A stretch of 64,000 nt of DNA from Agathobacter sp. (GTDB taxonomy: Bacteria; Bacillota; Clostridia; Lachnospirales; Lachnospiraceae): contig JAZUGV010000034.1 in the NCBI GenBank assembly GCA_045641385.1, forward strand, positions 11,229 through 75,228, in the 5' to 3' direction. Position 1 is the stretch's first letter. The number at the start of each line of letters is the position of its first letter. The translations under genes and the position numbers were made by a program. Shown in pieces: positions 1 through 8,904 of the stretch. Under the pieces are notes generated by a model. The model was not told the origin of the DNA. It searched no databases and was given only the letters and a program-made list of their open reading frames with translations.

Positions 1-681
1 GTAGAACGAGAAACCTGGATATGGCAAATATCGAGACATATACGCTACTACAATAAACACTACCTCTCCTACAATCAAAAGCACCGGTTTAATACGATTT
101 CTGTAACGTGCAAACAAAATTCCCAAAACGGAAACAGGAAGCAGGTTAATGGTTCCCTGTGCAACACCTGGCCATTCAGTTAAACCACCCATATACTGAA
201 AGACATATGGAAGGATAATCATAACGGCAATTGCAATTGGTCTTGAAAATTTTCCCTTGCACAAATAAAAAACAACAAAGATAATGCAGGCAATGATAAT
301 CTGAGAAAACATAAACCAGAATGCAGTAGGTATCGCTTCTTCATAAATACCAAAGAGAGCTCCCAAATACCACTTTATGTCCGCACGGTCCAGCGATAAG
401 AGTGCTCTCAAAATATAGATAATAGTAGTCCAGAATGCAATTGGTATCACCAATCTTTGAACACGCTTCATCACCTTATCTGTATCAGCATTCCAGAGAA
501 ACTCTGACATAAAATAAAATGACAAAAACATAAATGCCGAAACTGCGTACCACGAGAACCAGCCAATTCCCTTCTGTATTGGTGTCTCCATTTTTGTTAA
601 AAAGTGATCCTGAATCACGACAAAACACATAAAAATTCTTAAAATTGACACCCAGATATTCATCCCTTTATAAGATCTCAT
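1..681 (-). CDS. Acyltransferase-3 (OafA/YrhL-like) membrane protein, 3' end runs off the window
   Basis: Not in the ORF track. Manual translation from ATG at 681: MRSYKGMNIWVSILRIFMCFVVIQDHF...AVSAFMFLSFYF...KRVQRLVIPIAFW...AFWFMFSQII. These match the R..H, FxxLSxY, RxxRL-P and WF motifs typical of this family. Confidence 0.75.
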   Translation of the reverse strand, partial: MRSYKGMNIWVSILRIFMCFVVIQDHFLTKMETPIQKGIGWFSWYAVSAFMFLSFYFMSEFLWNADTDKVMKRVQRLVIPIAFWTTIIYILRALLSLDRADIKWYLGALFGIYEEAIPTAFWFMFSQIIIACIIFVVFYLCKGKFSRPIAIAVMIILPYVFQYMGGLTEWPGVAQGTINLLPVSVLGILFARYRNRIKPVLLIVGEVVFIVVAYMSRYLPYPGFSFY

Positions 682-766
682 AACTTACAATCATTCCTTT
701 CAAAACAGTTCCCCTTATTATAACAAATCCAATAGATTATACAATCATTCCAAAAAGCCCTGAACC

Positions 767-2659
767 TTAAGCTCTCATATCAAAAGAATATCGATGCACC
801 AGTCCAATTGGCACGTCATCCTTCTTCAAAAAATCCTCAACAAAATTTAATTTCCTGCCCTCATTGACCACAGAAATCTTACAGCTGTAGCCCTTTCTCT
901 TCAACCGCTCTGCCAGCTCCTCTGAATGGCTGGTCACCAGTTTATATGACTCATCGCTGTCAAAATAAAATTTCGTATCGACATTTCGGTCCTTCATCTT
1001 GACAGAAACATCCGTTGACCCAAGATGATCCATATCCAAATGCAAAAACGCAGACAGTTCTCCATCCTCGCTCATCTGGCGCTTGTTGGTAAAAACATAG
1101 AGTTCTCCTGCCGCATTTTTTCCGTTCATCTGAAGTGGAATCTGCACGTACTGGTACATCTGATTTACCTGATTCATAAAATCGACATTGCTTCGAATCT
1201 GATTTGCGGCCTGAAGCAGAGAATCTGCATTTTGCCCCGACTGCTGAACTGCGGATTCAATGCGGTTTATCTGGTCCTTCAAATGCGTGTATAGCTTTGA
1301 AACCTTATCGCTTTCGCCTGCCAAATCCTGAGGTTTTAAGGTCCACTGCTGGCGCATTGCCTCCTTTGTAAGCTCTTTAAATTCTGGAGAACCAAGCAGC
1401 TTTAGTAAATTTTCTCTGACTGCCGTTTGCTCTCCCCGCGTCGCATTGTCAGACAACGCCCCTGCAACCTGTCTTAAGAGCTCCATTGCATTCATATCAG
1501 AGGTGAGCAGTTGATTCCCTGGAAGCGCGTTTGCCTCAAATAAGTTGCTGGTCAGCGCAGATAACTGCGTATTGTTAAACAGACTTCCTAAGCTGCCCTC
1601 CGGACTTGTGTTTGCCTGCAGCCCCTGCTCAGATACCACTGCCTCTCCTGATTCAGTTTCCACCGCTGTCTGTGCTGTCCCATTCTGCGCCACTTCCGCT
1701 GTGCTGATTTCGGCTGTACTCGCATCGATTGTACTCGCATCGATGGTACTTGCATCGATGGTACTTGCGTTCGCACCATTTGCAGTGGCATTGGTTGCAC
1801 TCACACCGACTGCGCCTGTACCATTTGCATCGGCATTGGTTGCGCTTGCAGGAATTGCACCAGCATTTGCCCCAATCGCATTAGCATTGGCCGCATCAGC
1901 ATTGATTGCATCGGCATTGACCACATTGCCATTTTCACCAGCTAATGTCTGTCCCACTTCGCCAGAGCCCAAGCCTGACTCCTCAGTCAAAGTCATAAGT
2001 ACATCCCCAGATAACTTATATAGCTCTGACGCTGTCAGATTTTCGTTGGCAAGTGCAGCTGGAAGCTCATCCATAAACTGATTTAACTCGTTGGTAATCG
2101 CCTGGCGGTCGTTTGCATAGTTCTCAAACTGCGAGATCATCTCCGGCGTGGTAGGAAGCTTCAAATTCTGCATCTCCACTAAGGTTTCAACATTCGCAGT
2201 TGGATTGTTTGCAAGAAGTCGCGACATCTGCGCAATCGAATCACGGTTGATTGGCAATGCCTTTTCCATCATTGCATTCACCATCGTTAAATTGTCTTCG
2301 GTAATTGGTAAATTTGCTGCAGAAAGCGCAGAAATCAAAGTGAGATTCACCTGATTACCATTGATGGTAAACGGTCGAATTGCGATGGTAGCACCATCGT
2401 TTGATTTCACCTGAAAATATAAAGACTGACCAGGCGCAAGCGAAACCGAGCCATCCAATCTGGCGGTCAGCGTCTGGCCGTTGGAAAGGCCCAAAACAGC
2501 CTGTCCATTATGAATCGAATTTACAGTGCCCTCAAAGACATTTCCAGCTTTCATATCCATCACGTGCGATACTAACTGCTGTGTTCCCACCTTTGAGGCT
2601 GCAATTGGAGCGGAGGCAGACGAATTCGCATACTGTCCAATGACATTTGAAAATTGCAT
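767..2659 (-). CDS. Flagellar hook-length control protein FliK-like
   Basis: 630 aa with a low-complexity Ala/Asn/Thr middle. C-terminal domain ...LHLDMDHLGSTDVSV...SFDMRA resembles the FliK C-domain. Position after rnhB is typical for this gene in Clostridia. Confidence 0.7.
   Translation of the reverse strand: MQFSNVIGQYANSSASAPIAASKVGTQQLVSHVMDMKAGNVFEGTVNSIHNGQAVLGLSNGQTLTARLDGSVSLAPGQSLYFQVKSNDGATIAIRPFTINGNQVNLTLISALSAANLPITEDNLTMVNAMMEKALPINRDSIAQMSRLLANNPTANVETLVEMQNLKLPTTPEMISQFENYANDRQAITNELNQFMDELPAALANENLTASELYKLSGDVLMTLTEESGLGSGEVGQTLAGENGNVVNADAINADAANANAIGANAGAIPASATNADANGTGAVGVSATNATANGANASTIDASTIDASTIDASTAEISTAEVAQNGTAQTAVETESGEAVVSEQGLQANTSPEGSLGSLFNNTQLSALTSNLFEANALPGNQLLTSDMNAMELLRQVAGALSDNATRGEQTAVRENLLKLLGSPEFKELTKEAMRQQWTLKPQDLAGESDKVSKLYTHLKDQINRIESAVQQSGQNADSLLQAANQIRSNVDFMNQVNQMYQYVQIPLQMNGKNAAGELYVFTNKRQMSEDGELSAFLHLDMDHLGSTDVSVKMKDRNVDTKFYFDSDESYKLVTSHSEELAERLKRKGYSCKISVVNEGRKLNFVEDFLKKDDVPIGLVHRYSFDMRA
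1701..1768. repeat. 15-bp tandem repeat (GTACTYGCATCGATK) encoding ASTID/ASTAE pentapeptides
   Basis: Units at 1716-1730, 1731-1745, 1746-1760, a partial unit at 1761-1768 and a degenerate unit at 1701-1715. Confidence 0.9.
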
Positions 2660-2681
2660 AGGTTGCCTCCTTTCTCCGTAA

Positions 2682-3443
2682 CTACTCTACAAAGTTTTTG
2701 ATAAAAGATCTTCTGTGAATTGGACATGGTCCAAGTTCTTTTAATGCTTTAATGTGATCTGCTGAGCCATAGCCTTTATTGGATGCAAAGCCATAGCCAG
2801 GATAAATACTGTCGTACTCGACCATCAGTCGGTCTCTGGTGACCTTTGCAATAATGCTTGCCGCTCCAATGGAAATACTCTTTGCATCTCCCTTGATAAT
2901 TGGTACCTGCTTGATTGGCACCTCTGGGATTGTGACTGCATCATTTAATAGCAAATCAGGAAAAACGGAAAGCTTACCAATTGCCTGTCGCATTGCCTCA
3001 TAGGTGGCCTGAAGAATATTGATTTCATCAATGCGTTCTGGCGAATTCACTCCGACAGCATAGGCAACTGCCTTCTCGCAGATTTCATCATATAATTCTT
3101 CTCTCTTTGCCTCTGAAAGCTTTTTGGAATCATTGATGTACAAAATATCACAATCCTTTGGCAAAATAACAGCTCCGGTCATCACAGGCCCAGCCAAAGG
3201 CCCTCGGCCTACCTCATCAATGCCACAGATTAACTCATAATCAGAATATTTCTTTTCAAAAAATTTTAATGCTTCTATACGCTCAAGTTCTGCATGAAAT
3301 TTGTCCATACGTTTTCTTGCAGAATCAACCAGCTTTTTCACGCCCTCGCGCTCATCCGACTGATAGTTCTCAATGAAAGCCATCAGTTCTCTGTCGCTTG
3401 TATTTTTCAGAGCCTCTTTGATTGCCCCTATCTTTTCTTCCAT
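2682..3443 (-). CDS. rnhB: Ribonuclease HII
   Basis: GIDEVGRGPLAGPV, DSKKLS, KGDAKS, AASIIAKVTRD, HRRSF motifs. Confidence 0.97.
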   Translation of the reverse strand: MEEKIGAIKEALKNTSDRELMAFIENYQSDEREGVKKLVDSARKRMDKFHAELERIEALKFFEKKYSDYELICGIDEVGRGPLAGPVMTGAVILPKDCDILYINDSKKLSEAKREELYDEICEKAVAYAVGVNSPERIDEINILQATYEAMRQAIGKLSVFPDLLLNDAVTIPEVPIKQVPIIKGDAKSISIGAASIIAKVTRDRLMVEYDSIYPGYGFASNKGYGSADHIKALKELGPCPIHRRSFIKNFVE

Positions 3444-3457
3444 CGTATCTATAACCC

Positions 3458-4309
3458 TTATGATTTATTGTTTGGAGCCTCTAAGGAAATTCTTCCAAGC
3501 TTTCCGGAACGGAACTCGTCCATCAGCACAGAGGCTGCCTTTGCATAATCTAATTCTCCGCCATTTTTCAGGAAATTGCGATTCCTTGCAATTTCAATCA
3601 GAATGTCAGCTTCCTTTTGTTCTTCCTCCACCTCATAGCGTGCCTTTAAAACACCAGGGTAAGAGTTCTTTAGGAAGGTAATAAGTGCCAGAGAAAGCTC
3701 ATCAATATTTAAGATTTCGTCATTGATGGAGCCAACCAGTGCCAGGCGAAGTCCCACCTCCTGGTCTTCAAACTTTGGCCAGAGAATTCCTGGAGTATCT
3801 AAAAGCTCAACGTTTTTATTCAGACGAATCCACTGCTTTCCCTTTGTGACACCAGGCTTGTTTCCTGTCTTCGCGCAGGCTTTTCCCGCAAAGGAATTGA
3901 TAAAGGTGCTCTTGCCAACATTAGGAATGCCTACTACCATGGCGCGGATAGGACGGTTCTTGATACCGCGCTTTCTGTCGCGCTCAATCTTTTCCTTGCA
4001 GGCCTCCATAATGACATTATGGACGGTATTCATGGCATTTTTGCTACGCGCATCCAGACAGACAACAGAATACCCCTTATCCTTGAAAAAAGCGGTCCAC
4101 TCTTCGGTTCTTCTCTGGTCGGCCAAATCAAATTTATTCATCAAAATGAGACGAAACTTGTTCTTTCCAAGCTCGTCGATATCCGGATTACGGCTGGACT
4201 GTGGCAGGCGTGCATCCACAAGCTCGATGACCAGATCGATGAGCTTGATGTCCTCCTGCATTTGTCGTTTTGCTTTGGTCATATGACCTGGATACCACTG
4301 AAAATTCAT
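3458..4309 (-). CDS. rbgA: Ribosome biogenesis GTPase RbgA/YlqF
   Basis: QWYPGHM N-terminus. Circularly permuted G motifs NKFD, GIPNVGKS, DTPG. Confidence 0.97.
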   Translation of the reverse strand: MNFQWYPGHMTKAKRQMQEDIKLIDLVIELVDARLPQSSRNPDIDELGKNKFRLILMNKFDLADQRRTEEWTAFFKDKGYSVVCLDARSKNAMNTVHNVIMEACKEKIERDRKRGIKNRPIRAMVVGIPNVGKSTFINSFAGKACAKTGNKPGVTKGKQWIRLNKNVELLDTPGILWPKFEDQEVGLRLALVGSINDEILNIDELSLALITFLKNSYPGVLKARYEVEEEQKEADILIEIARNRNFLKNGGELDYAKAASVLMDEFRSGKLGRISLEAPNNKS

Positions 4310-4326
4310 ATTTACCTCTCTACTAT

Positions 4327-4911
4327 TTATCGGACAAAGCCCATGTTTCCTAAAGAAGAAAAGCGAAACCAGGCCTTTCCCTCGATATACTCCTTTTTCA
4401 CAACACCGATATTCGCGTAGCGACTATCCTCGCTGTTGTTGCGATTGTCCCCTAATACAAAGCACTCCCCATTTCCAAGGGTAATTGGTTCCTCTGCAAT
4501 TCCTGGATTTTCGATTGCAGCCACCTCAATCTTTTCCTGATAAATCTCTCCATTGACATAGATGGCGCCATCCTTGATTTGAATGGTGTCTCCAGACCGC
4601 GCAACCACTCTACGAATATAGTAGTGCGACTTTTTATTTCCATTAGGTCGAAATACAATCACATCTCCCAAATCCGGCTGTCCTACCGTGTAGGCTAGGC
4701 GGTTTACCAGTACTGACTCGTTGTTTAACAGTGTATTTTCCATCGAACCTCCGACAACGGTGGTGCGAAGTCCAAACAGATATACCACAAACAGCGATAC
4801 CATCACCACCACCACAATCTGCAGTGTCCACGTTAAAACATCTCGAAATAGAGCCTTATTGAATTGTCTTCTGCGTCGGTTGAAGTTTAAACTTCCTCTT
4901 CTTCTTAGCAT
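4327..4911 (-). CDS. lepB: Signal peptidase I family protein (catalytic Lys position is Arg)
   Basis: One TM, GGSMENTL (catalytic Ser), GDVIVF, YIRRVV, LGDNRNNSEDSR. Confidence 0.85.
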   Translation of the reverse strand: MLRRRGSLNFNRRRRQFNKALFRDVLTWTLQIVVVVMVSLFVVYLFGLRTTVVGGSMENTLLNNESVLVNRLAYTVGQPDLGDVIVFRPNGNKKSHYYIRRVVARSGDTIQIKDGAIYVNGEIYQEKIEVAAIENPGIAEEPITLGNGECFVLGDNRNNSEDSRYANIGVVKKEYIEGKAWFRFSSLGNMGFVR

Positions 4912-4975
4912 CTTTCAACCTGTCTTTCTCAAAAAATTTCGTAACTAATATTATAAAATATCAGTCATAAAAACG

Positions 4976-5011
4976 CAAAAAAAATCCGACCTGATAACTC
5001 AAGTCGGATTT
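4976..5011 (-). terminator. Intrinsic terminator after rplS
   Basis: AAATCCGAC...GTCGGATTT stem followed by a T-run on the minus strand. Confidence 0.8.
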
Positions 5012-5020
5012 CACGCGTTA

Positions 5021-5374
5021 CTATCTTACAAGCTCTTTAACCTTTGCAGCCTTACCTACGCGATCACGTAAGTAGTAAAGCTTAGCACGACGAACTTTAC
5101 CCTTGCGCACGATTTCAACCTTCTCTACGTTTGGAGAGTGAAGTGGCCAGGTCTTTTCTACACCAACACCGTTAGATAACTTACGAACGGTAAAGGTTTC
5201 ACGGTTGCTTCCGCCCTGCTTCTTAATAACAGTTCCTTCGAAAACCTGAACTCTTTCACGGTTTCCTTCCTTGATCTTTCCGTAAACCTTAACGGTATCA
5301 CCAACGGAAAACTCAGGAACTTCCTGCTTTAACTGCTCGTTTTCAATGTTCTTAATAATTTCGTATGCGTTCAT
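5021..5374 (-). CDS. rplS: 50S ribosomal protein L19
   Basis: [34 protein letters not shown]. Start trimmed to ATG 5374 behind a GGAGG RBS. Confidence 0.98.
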   Translation of the reverse strand: MNAYEIIKNIENEQLKQEVPEFSVGDTVKVYGKIKEGNRERVQVFEGTVIKKQGGSNRETFTVRKLSNGVGVEKTWPLHSPNVEKVEIVRKGKVRRAKLYYLRDRVGKAAKVKELVR

Positions 5375-5395
5375 TTTGTGACCTCCTGTATACTT

Positions 5396-5438
5396 GACGT
5401 TCTTAATGCTACTACTATTTTCACAACAGAGGACCATC
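5396..5438 (-). promoter_or_regulatory. L19 leader (putative ribosomal-protein autoregulatory RNA element)
   Basis: Minus strand GATGGTCCTCTG...AAGAACGTC immediately 5' of the rplS RBS resembles the Firmicutes L19_leader motif. Confidence 0.65.
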
Positions 5439-5462
5439 GCCTTCTTTATTCACAACTTTGAC

Positions 5463-5491
5463 ATTATAGCATGCCATCATCACTAATTCAA
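5463..5491 (-). promoter_or_regulatory. SigA promoter of rplS
   Basis: TTGAAT-17 nt-TATAAT with an extended -10 TG. Confidence 0.75.
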
Positions 5492-5500
5492 TAGTTTTTT

Positions 5501-6742
5501 CTATAACATTTCTGATAAATCTACCACAGCATCAGTGATTCCCTGCACAGTAATCACATTGCAGTTCTCATCCACATAGGTATATAGCTGTGTAAGCTGA
5601 TCCATTGCCTGAATGGCCCCAAGTGCCGTTGCCGCAGCAATCACATTTTCAGCACAATCTATGGTATCCATGTTTTTGTCAATATACTGCACTGCAGCCT
5701 CATAAACCTCATCTGCGTTGGTATACATCACAAGGTAGTTATATAAACAGCTGACAATCTTGCGAACAGACAATTCGCTGTTTGTATCCCCATAGACTAT
5801 GGTGCCGTCTGGATTACTTATCTCTGCGATAAGATTCTCCTCCGATACCACAGAGCCAAAGAGCTGCTCCATAATACATCCTTCTACCGGCTCAGCTGCT
5901 ACTGGTGTCGATGTTTGGCCTGTCACTTCTGCAGGAATCTCCAATGCTCCATCCTCGATTCTTGCATTTACAACAAGCTTTGCCTCCTTAATTTCTGTGC
6001 CAGAAACACCAAGCAGTGCAAGCGTATCTGCAAGCGCCTTCTTTGCCTCATCATCCACAGTAATTTCCAAGGACTTGAAAATCAAAGTATCTTCATCAAA
6101 GGTAGCTGCCATTACAATTCTTCCCTGAATTCCCTTTAACGAAGACAAAGCAGCTCCCATTTCACCGTCTAAATCCGCAAGTTCTTCCATTCCCATCACA
6201 TCGGAAATCTTAATATTTAAAGCAAGCACATATCCCTCACTGGTTCTTGTCAGGGATGCATCGTTGCTGTTTTTGTCATCTATCTTAGCCTGAAGCTTGT
6301 CCAAATACTTCTGTACTTTTGCCTCTTCAACCTCAGAAGTGACCTCTTCCACCTGATTTTCGTCCGCAGGTTCAACCTTCCAGCTGTCAGTAGAGGCAGT
6401 ATAGGTATAGACATAATCCTTTCCATACCAGCTGGTAATGTTTTCTGAAATGGACTCTCCAAGGACGTCAAGATCATAGGTTACATCCAGACAATATACA
6501 TCCTTTGAAAAAACGGCACTACCTTCAGCGCTTGCTGCGACATCTCCCATAAAGGTGCCTTCCACAGCAACACTGTAATCCATATAGAAGGACTGATTCT
6601 CAAGAGAAACGCTTAAATTCTTATTTGCCTCATAAATCTTTTGAACAGTAACCTTTTCCTCTTCACTCTTCTTTGCACATCCGGTAAAAAGAGTAAATCC
6701 TGCGACAACCATCATTGTCGCAAATAATGTTTTCTTTTTCAT
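5501..6742 (-). CDS. Acidic lipoprotein of unknown function
   Basis: MKKK + hydrophobic stretch + lipobox FTGC. GGAGG RBS before ATG 6742. Confidence 0.8.
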   Translation of the reverse strand: MKKKTLFATMMVVAGFTLFTGCAKKSEEEKVTVQKIYEANKNLSVSLENQSFYMDYSVAVEGTFMGDVAASAEGSAVFSKDVYCLDVTYDLDVLGESISENITSWYGKDYVYTYTASTDSWKVEPADENQVEEVTSEVEEAKVQKYLDKLQAKIDDKNSNDASLTRTSEGYVLALNIKISDVMGMEELADLDGEMGAALSSLKGIQGRIVMAATFDEDTLIFKSLEITVDDEAKKALADTLALLGVSGTEIKEAKLVVNARIEDGALEIPAEVTGQTSTPVAAEPVEGCIMEQLFGSVVSEENLIAEISNPDGTIVYGDTNSELSVRKIVSCLYNYLVMYTNADEVYEAAVQYIDKNMDTIDCAENVIAAATALGAIQAMDQLTQLYTYVDENCNVITVQGITDAVVDLSEML

Positions 6743-6763
6743 AATCTCCTCCAAAAACTGCTT

Positions 6764-8230
6764 TTATTTATGCAACCAGAACGAATCCTCTTTTGCCACA
6801 TACATACCAAGTTTTTCCTGCATATCAATGGAAATCTGATTGGTATAGAAAATATAGCCGTATGGAATCTGTCCTGCTTCCAACATTTTGTTATAGAAAT
6901 AGGTTTCCAGCGCAAAGCCTATATGCTTTCTGCGGAACTTTGGCTCTACCTCGAGCATTCCAATGCTGCCATCCACATGCATACCGATGATTCCCGCTGG
7001 CTGGCCCTCATACAGGGCAAGATACATAGGGTCTCGCTCAATTCTATGCTCGATATAATCCGGGTCGTCAAAATTCAGATGATACAGACTCTTTGCATAA
7101 TCCAAGTGCTCCAGTGTAAGTGGAACAATTTCAATTCCAGCACTGTTTGGCTTTCCATCACCGCTATAAAGTCCCTTAATTGGGAGTTTTTCTCTTCTGG
7201 TAAGTGCGCAGGTATGATTCTGATAATCAATATGAAGGCCTAAGGCCTGTGTAATTTCCTCCACACAGCAGCTGCGGTGCTCCATCAGAAGATGTATCTT
7301 TGATAATTCCTCGCTTGAGAGAGCATCTAAAAAGTGCGGTCTGTACGTAACCTGATTTTCATTAGTGCCTGTTAATTCTACCACACCTGCATCCTCATAC
7401 AGTGTATGAAAATAGGTACATGACACCTTTTCCTGAAGAAGCGCTTCTGTTTCATCTGCAAAGATCAACTCCGCGCGTCCACGATTGATCATCTCAATCA
7501 TATCCATATGATGGATTTTATGCTTTGACAGCTGCTTTTTTACAGCTTCAAGCTGTTCATATTCTTTGTACAAATCCGGGCGTCTTTCCTTCGTTCTTGC
7601 GATGGACTGCTCCAATCGCCACTCCCTGATTTTCTTTGAATTTCCGGTCAAAAGCACCTCAGGCACTGCCTTTTTGTGCCATACCTCTGGTCTTGAGTAC
7701 TGTGGATATTCTAATAGTTTCCCCTGAAAGCTCTCTGTCTCTGCAGACACTTCATTGTGAAGGACTCCCGGCACTAATCTTGCAATGGCATCAATCATCA
7801 CCATGGAAGCAAGCTCGCCTCCCGTAAGAACATAATCTCCAATGGAAACATAATCTGTCACGCACTCTTCTAGCACGCGCTCATGAATCCCCTCGTAATG
7901 ACCACAGAGCAAAACCAAATCTTCTTCTCGTGCGAACTCCTCCGCCATCTTCTGAGAAAATGGTTTTCCCTGTGGAGTCACATAAATCACTCTTGATTTT
8001 GGAGTTGCAGTCGCCTTGATTGCCTGGTATACCACCTCTGCCTGCATCAGCATTCCAGCGCCACCACCGTAGGTGTAGTCATCCACACGTTTATGCTTAT
8101 CCTCTGAAAAATCGCGGATATTGACAGCATCAATGGAAATCAGTTTCTGGTCCATTGCCCGCTTTATTATGCTGTCATTCAATCCAGCCATTACCATATC
8201 TGGAAATAATGTTAATACATGAAATTTCAT
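6764..8230 (-). CDS. trmD: tRNA (guanine-N1)-methyltransferase TrmD fused to a C-terminal GNAT acetyltransferase region
   Basis: N-half: LTLFP, DDYTYGGGAGM, CGHYEG, SIGDYVLTGGE, LLEYPQYSRP. C-end: IGMLEVEPKFRRKHIG (acetyl-CoA motif A), EKLGM. Confidence 0.92.
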   Translation of the reverse strand: MKFHVLTLFPDMVMAGLNDSIIKRAMDQKLISIDAVNIRDFSEDKHKRVDDYTYGGGAGMLMQAEVVYQAIKATATPKSRVIYVTPQGKPFSQKMAEEFAREEDLVLLCGHYEGIHERVLEECVTDYVSIGDYVLTGGELASMVMIDAIARLVPGVLHNEVSAETESFQGKLLEYPQYSRPEVWHKKAVPEVLLTGNSKKIREWRLEQSIARTKERRPDLYKEYEQLEAVKKQLSKHKIHHMDMIEMINRGRAELIFADETEALLQEKVSCTYFHTLYEDAGVVELTGTNENQVTYRPHFLDALSSEELSKIHLLMEHRSCCVEEITQALGLHIDYQNHTCALTRREKLPIKGLYSGDGKPNSAGIEIVPLTLEHLDYAKSLYHLNFDDPDYIEHRIERDPMYLALYEGQPAGIIGMHVDGSIGMLEVEPKFRRKHIGFALETYFYNKMLEAGQIPYGYIFYTNQISIDMQEKLGMYVAKEDSFWLHK

Positions 8231-8268
8231 AAATTATCCTCGGTCGCTAAAATTCTATGTCATCATAA

Positions 8269-8299
8269 CAAAAAGAGGTTGCATTAAGCAACCTCTTTT
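8269..8299 (-). terminator. Intrinsic terminator after khpA
   Basis: AAAAGAGGTTGC-ATTAA-GCAACCTCTTTT hairpin. Confidence 0.8.
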
Positions 8300-8308
8300 A
8301 CAAAGTCT

Positions 8309-8539
8309 TTATTGAATAATCTCAACAACAACCTTCTTGTCCTCCTTGGTTGAAGCAGCCTTCACAACAGAACGGATTGCCTTTGCAATACGGCCCTGCT
8401 TTCCGATTACTTTTCCCATATCAGATGGAGCAACACGTAATTCCAAAACGATAGTTCTTCCATTCTCAGTCTCTGTTACAGTGACTTCATCAGGGTTGTC
8501 AACGAGCGCTTTAGCAATTACCTCTACTAATTCCTTCAT
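8309..8539 (-). CDS. khpA: KH-domain RNA-binding protein KhpA (YlqC)
   Basis: [17 protein letters not shown]; follows rpsP. Confidence 0.95.
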   Translation of the reverse strand: MKELVEVIAKALVDNPDEVTVTETENGRTIVLELRVAPSDMGKVIGKQGRIAKAIRSVVKAASTKEDKKVVVEIIQ

Positions 8540-8565
8540 GATAATCACCTCGTTTGATAGAACTA

Positions 8566-8811
8566 TTATTTCTCGATTCCAGCTGCCTTAAAGATTCTTG
8601 CAACAGTCTCAGTTGGCTGAGCACCGTTAGCTAACCACTTCTTAGCGAGTTCTTCATTTACATGATACTCAGTTGGGTTCTTGGTTGGATCGTAGGTTCC
8701 GATTTCATCGATGCAACGTCCATCGCGAGGTGCGCGAGCGTCTGCTACTACGATTCTATAGAAAGGTGCCTTCTTCTGTCCCATTCTTCTTAATCTGATC
8801 TTTACTGCCAT
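8566..8811 (-). CDS. rpsP: 30S ribosomal protein S16
   Basis: [32 protein letters not shown]. Confidence 0.98.
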   Translation of the reverse strand: MAVKIRLRRMGQKKAPFYRIVVADARAPRDGRCIDEIGTYDPTKNPTEYHVNEELAKKWLANGAQPTETVARIFKAAGIEK

Positions 8812-8904
8812 TTTTGTTTCCTCCTTGGAATAAATTAATTATTTACTTTGTTAGCTTAATATATATGAATTTAATTATTCATCTGTTTCATTGAAAAGGT
8901 GTAT

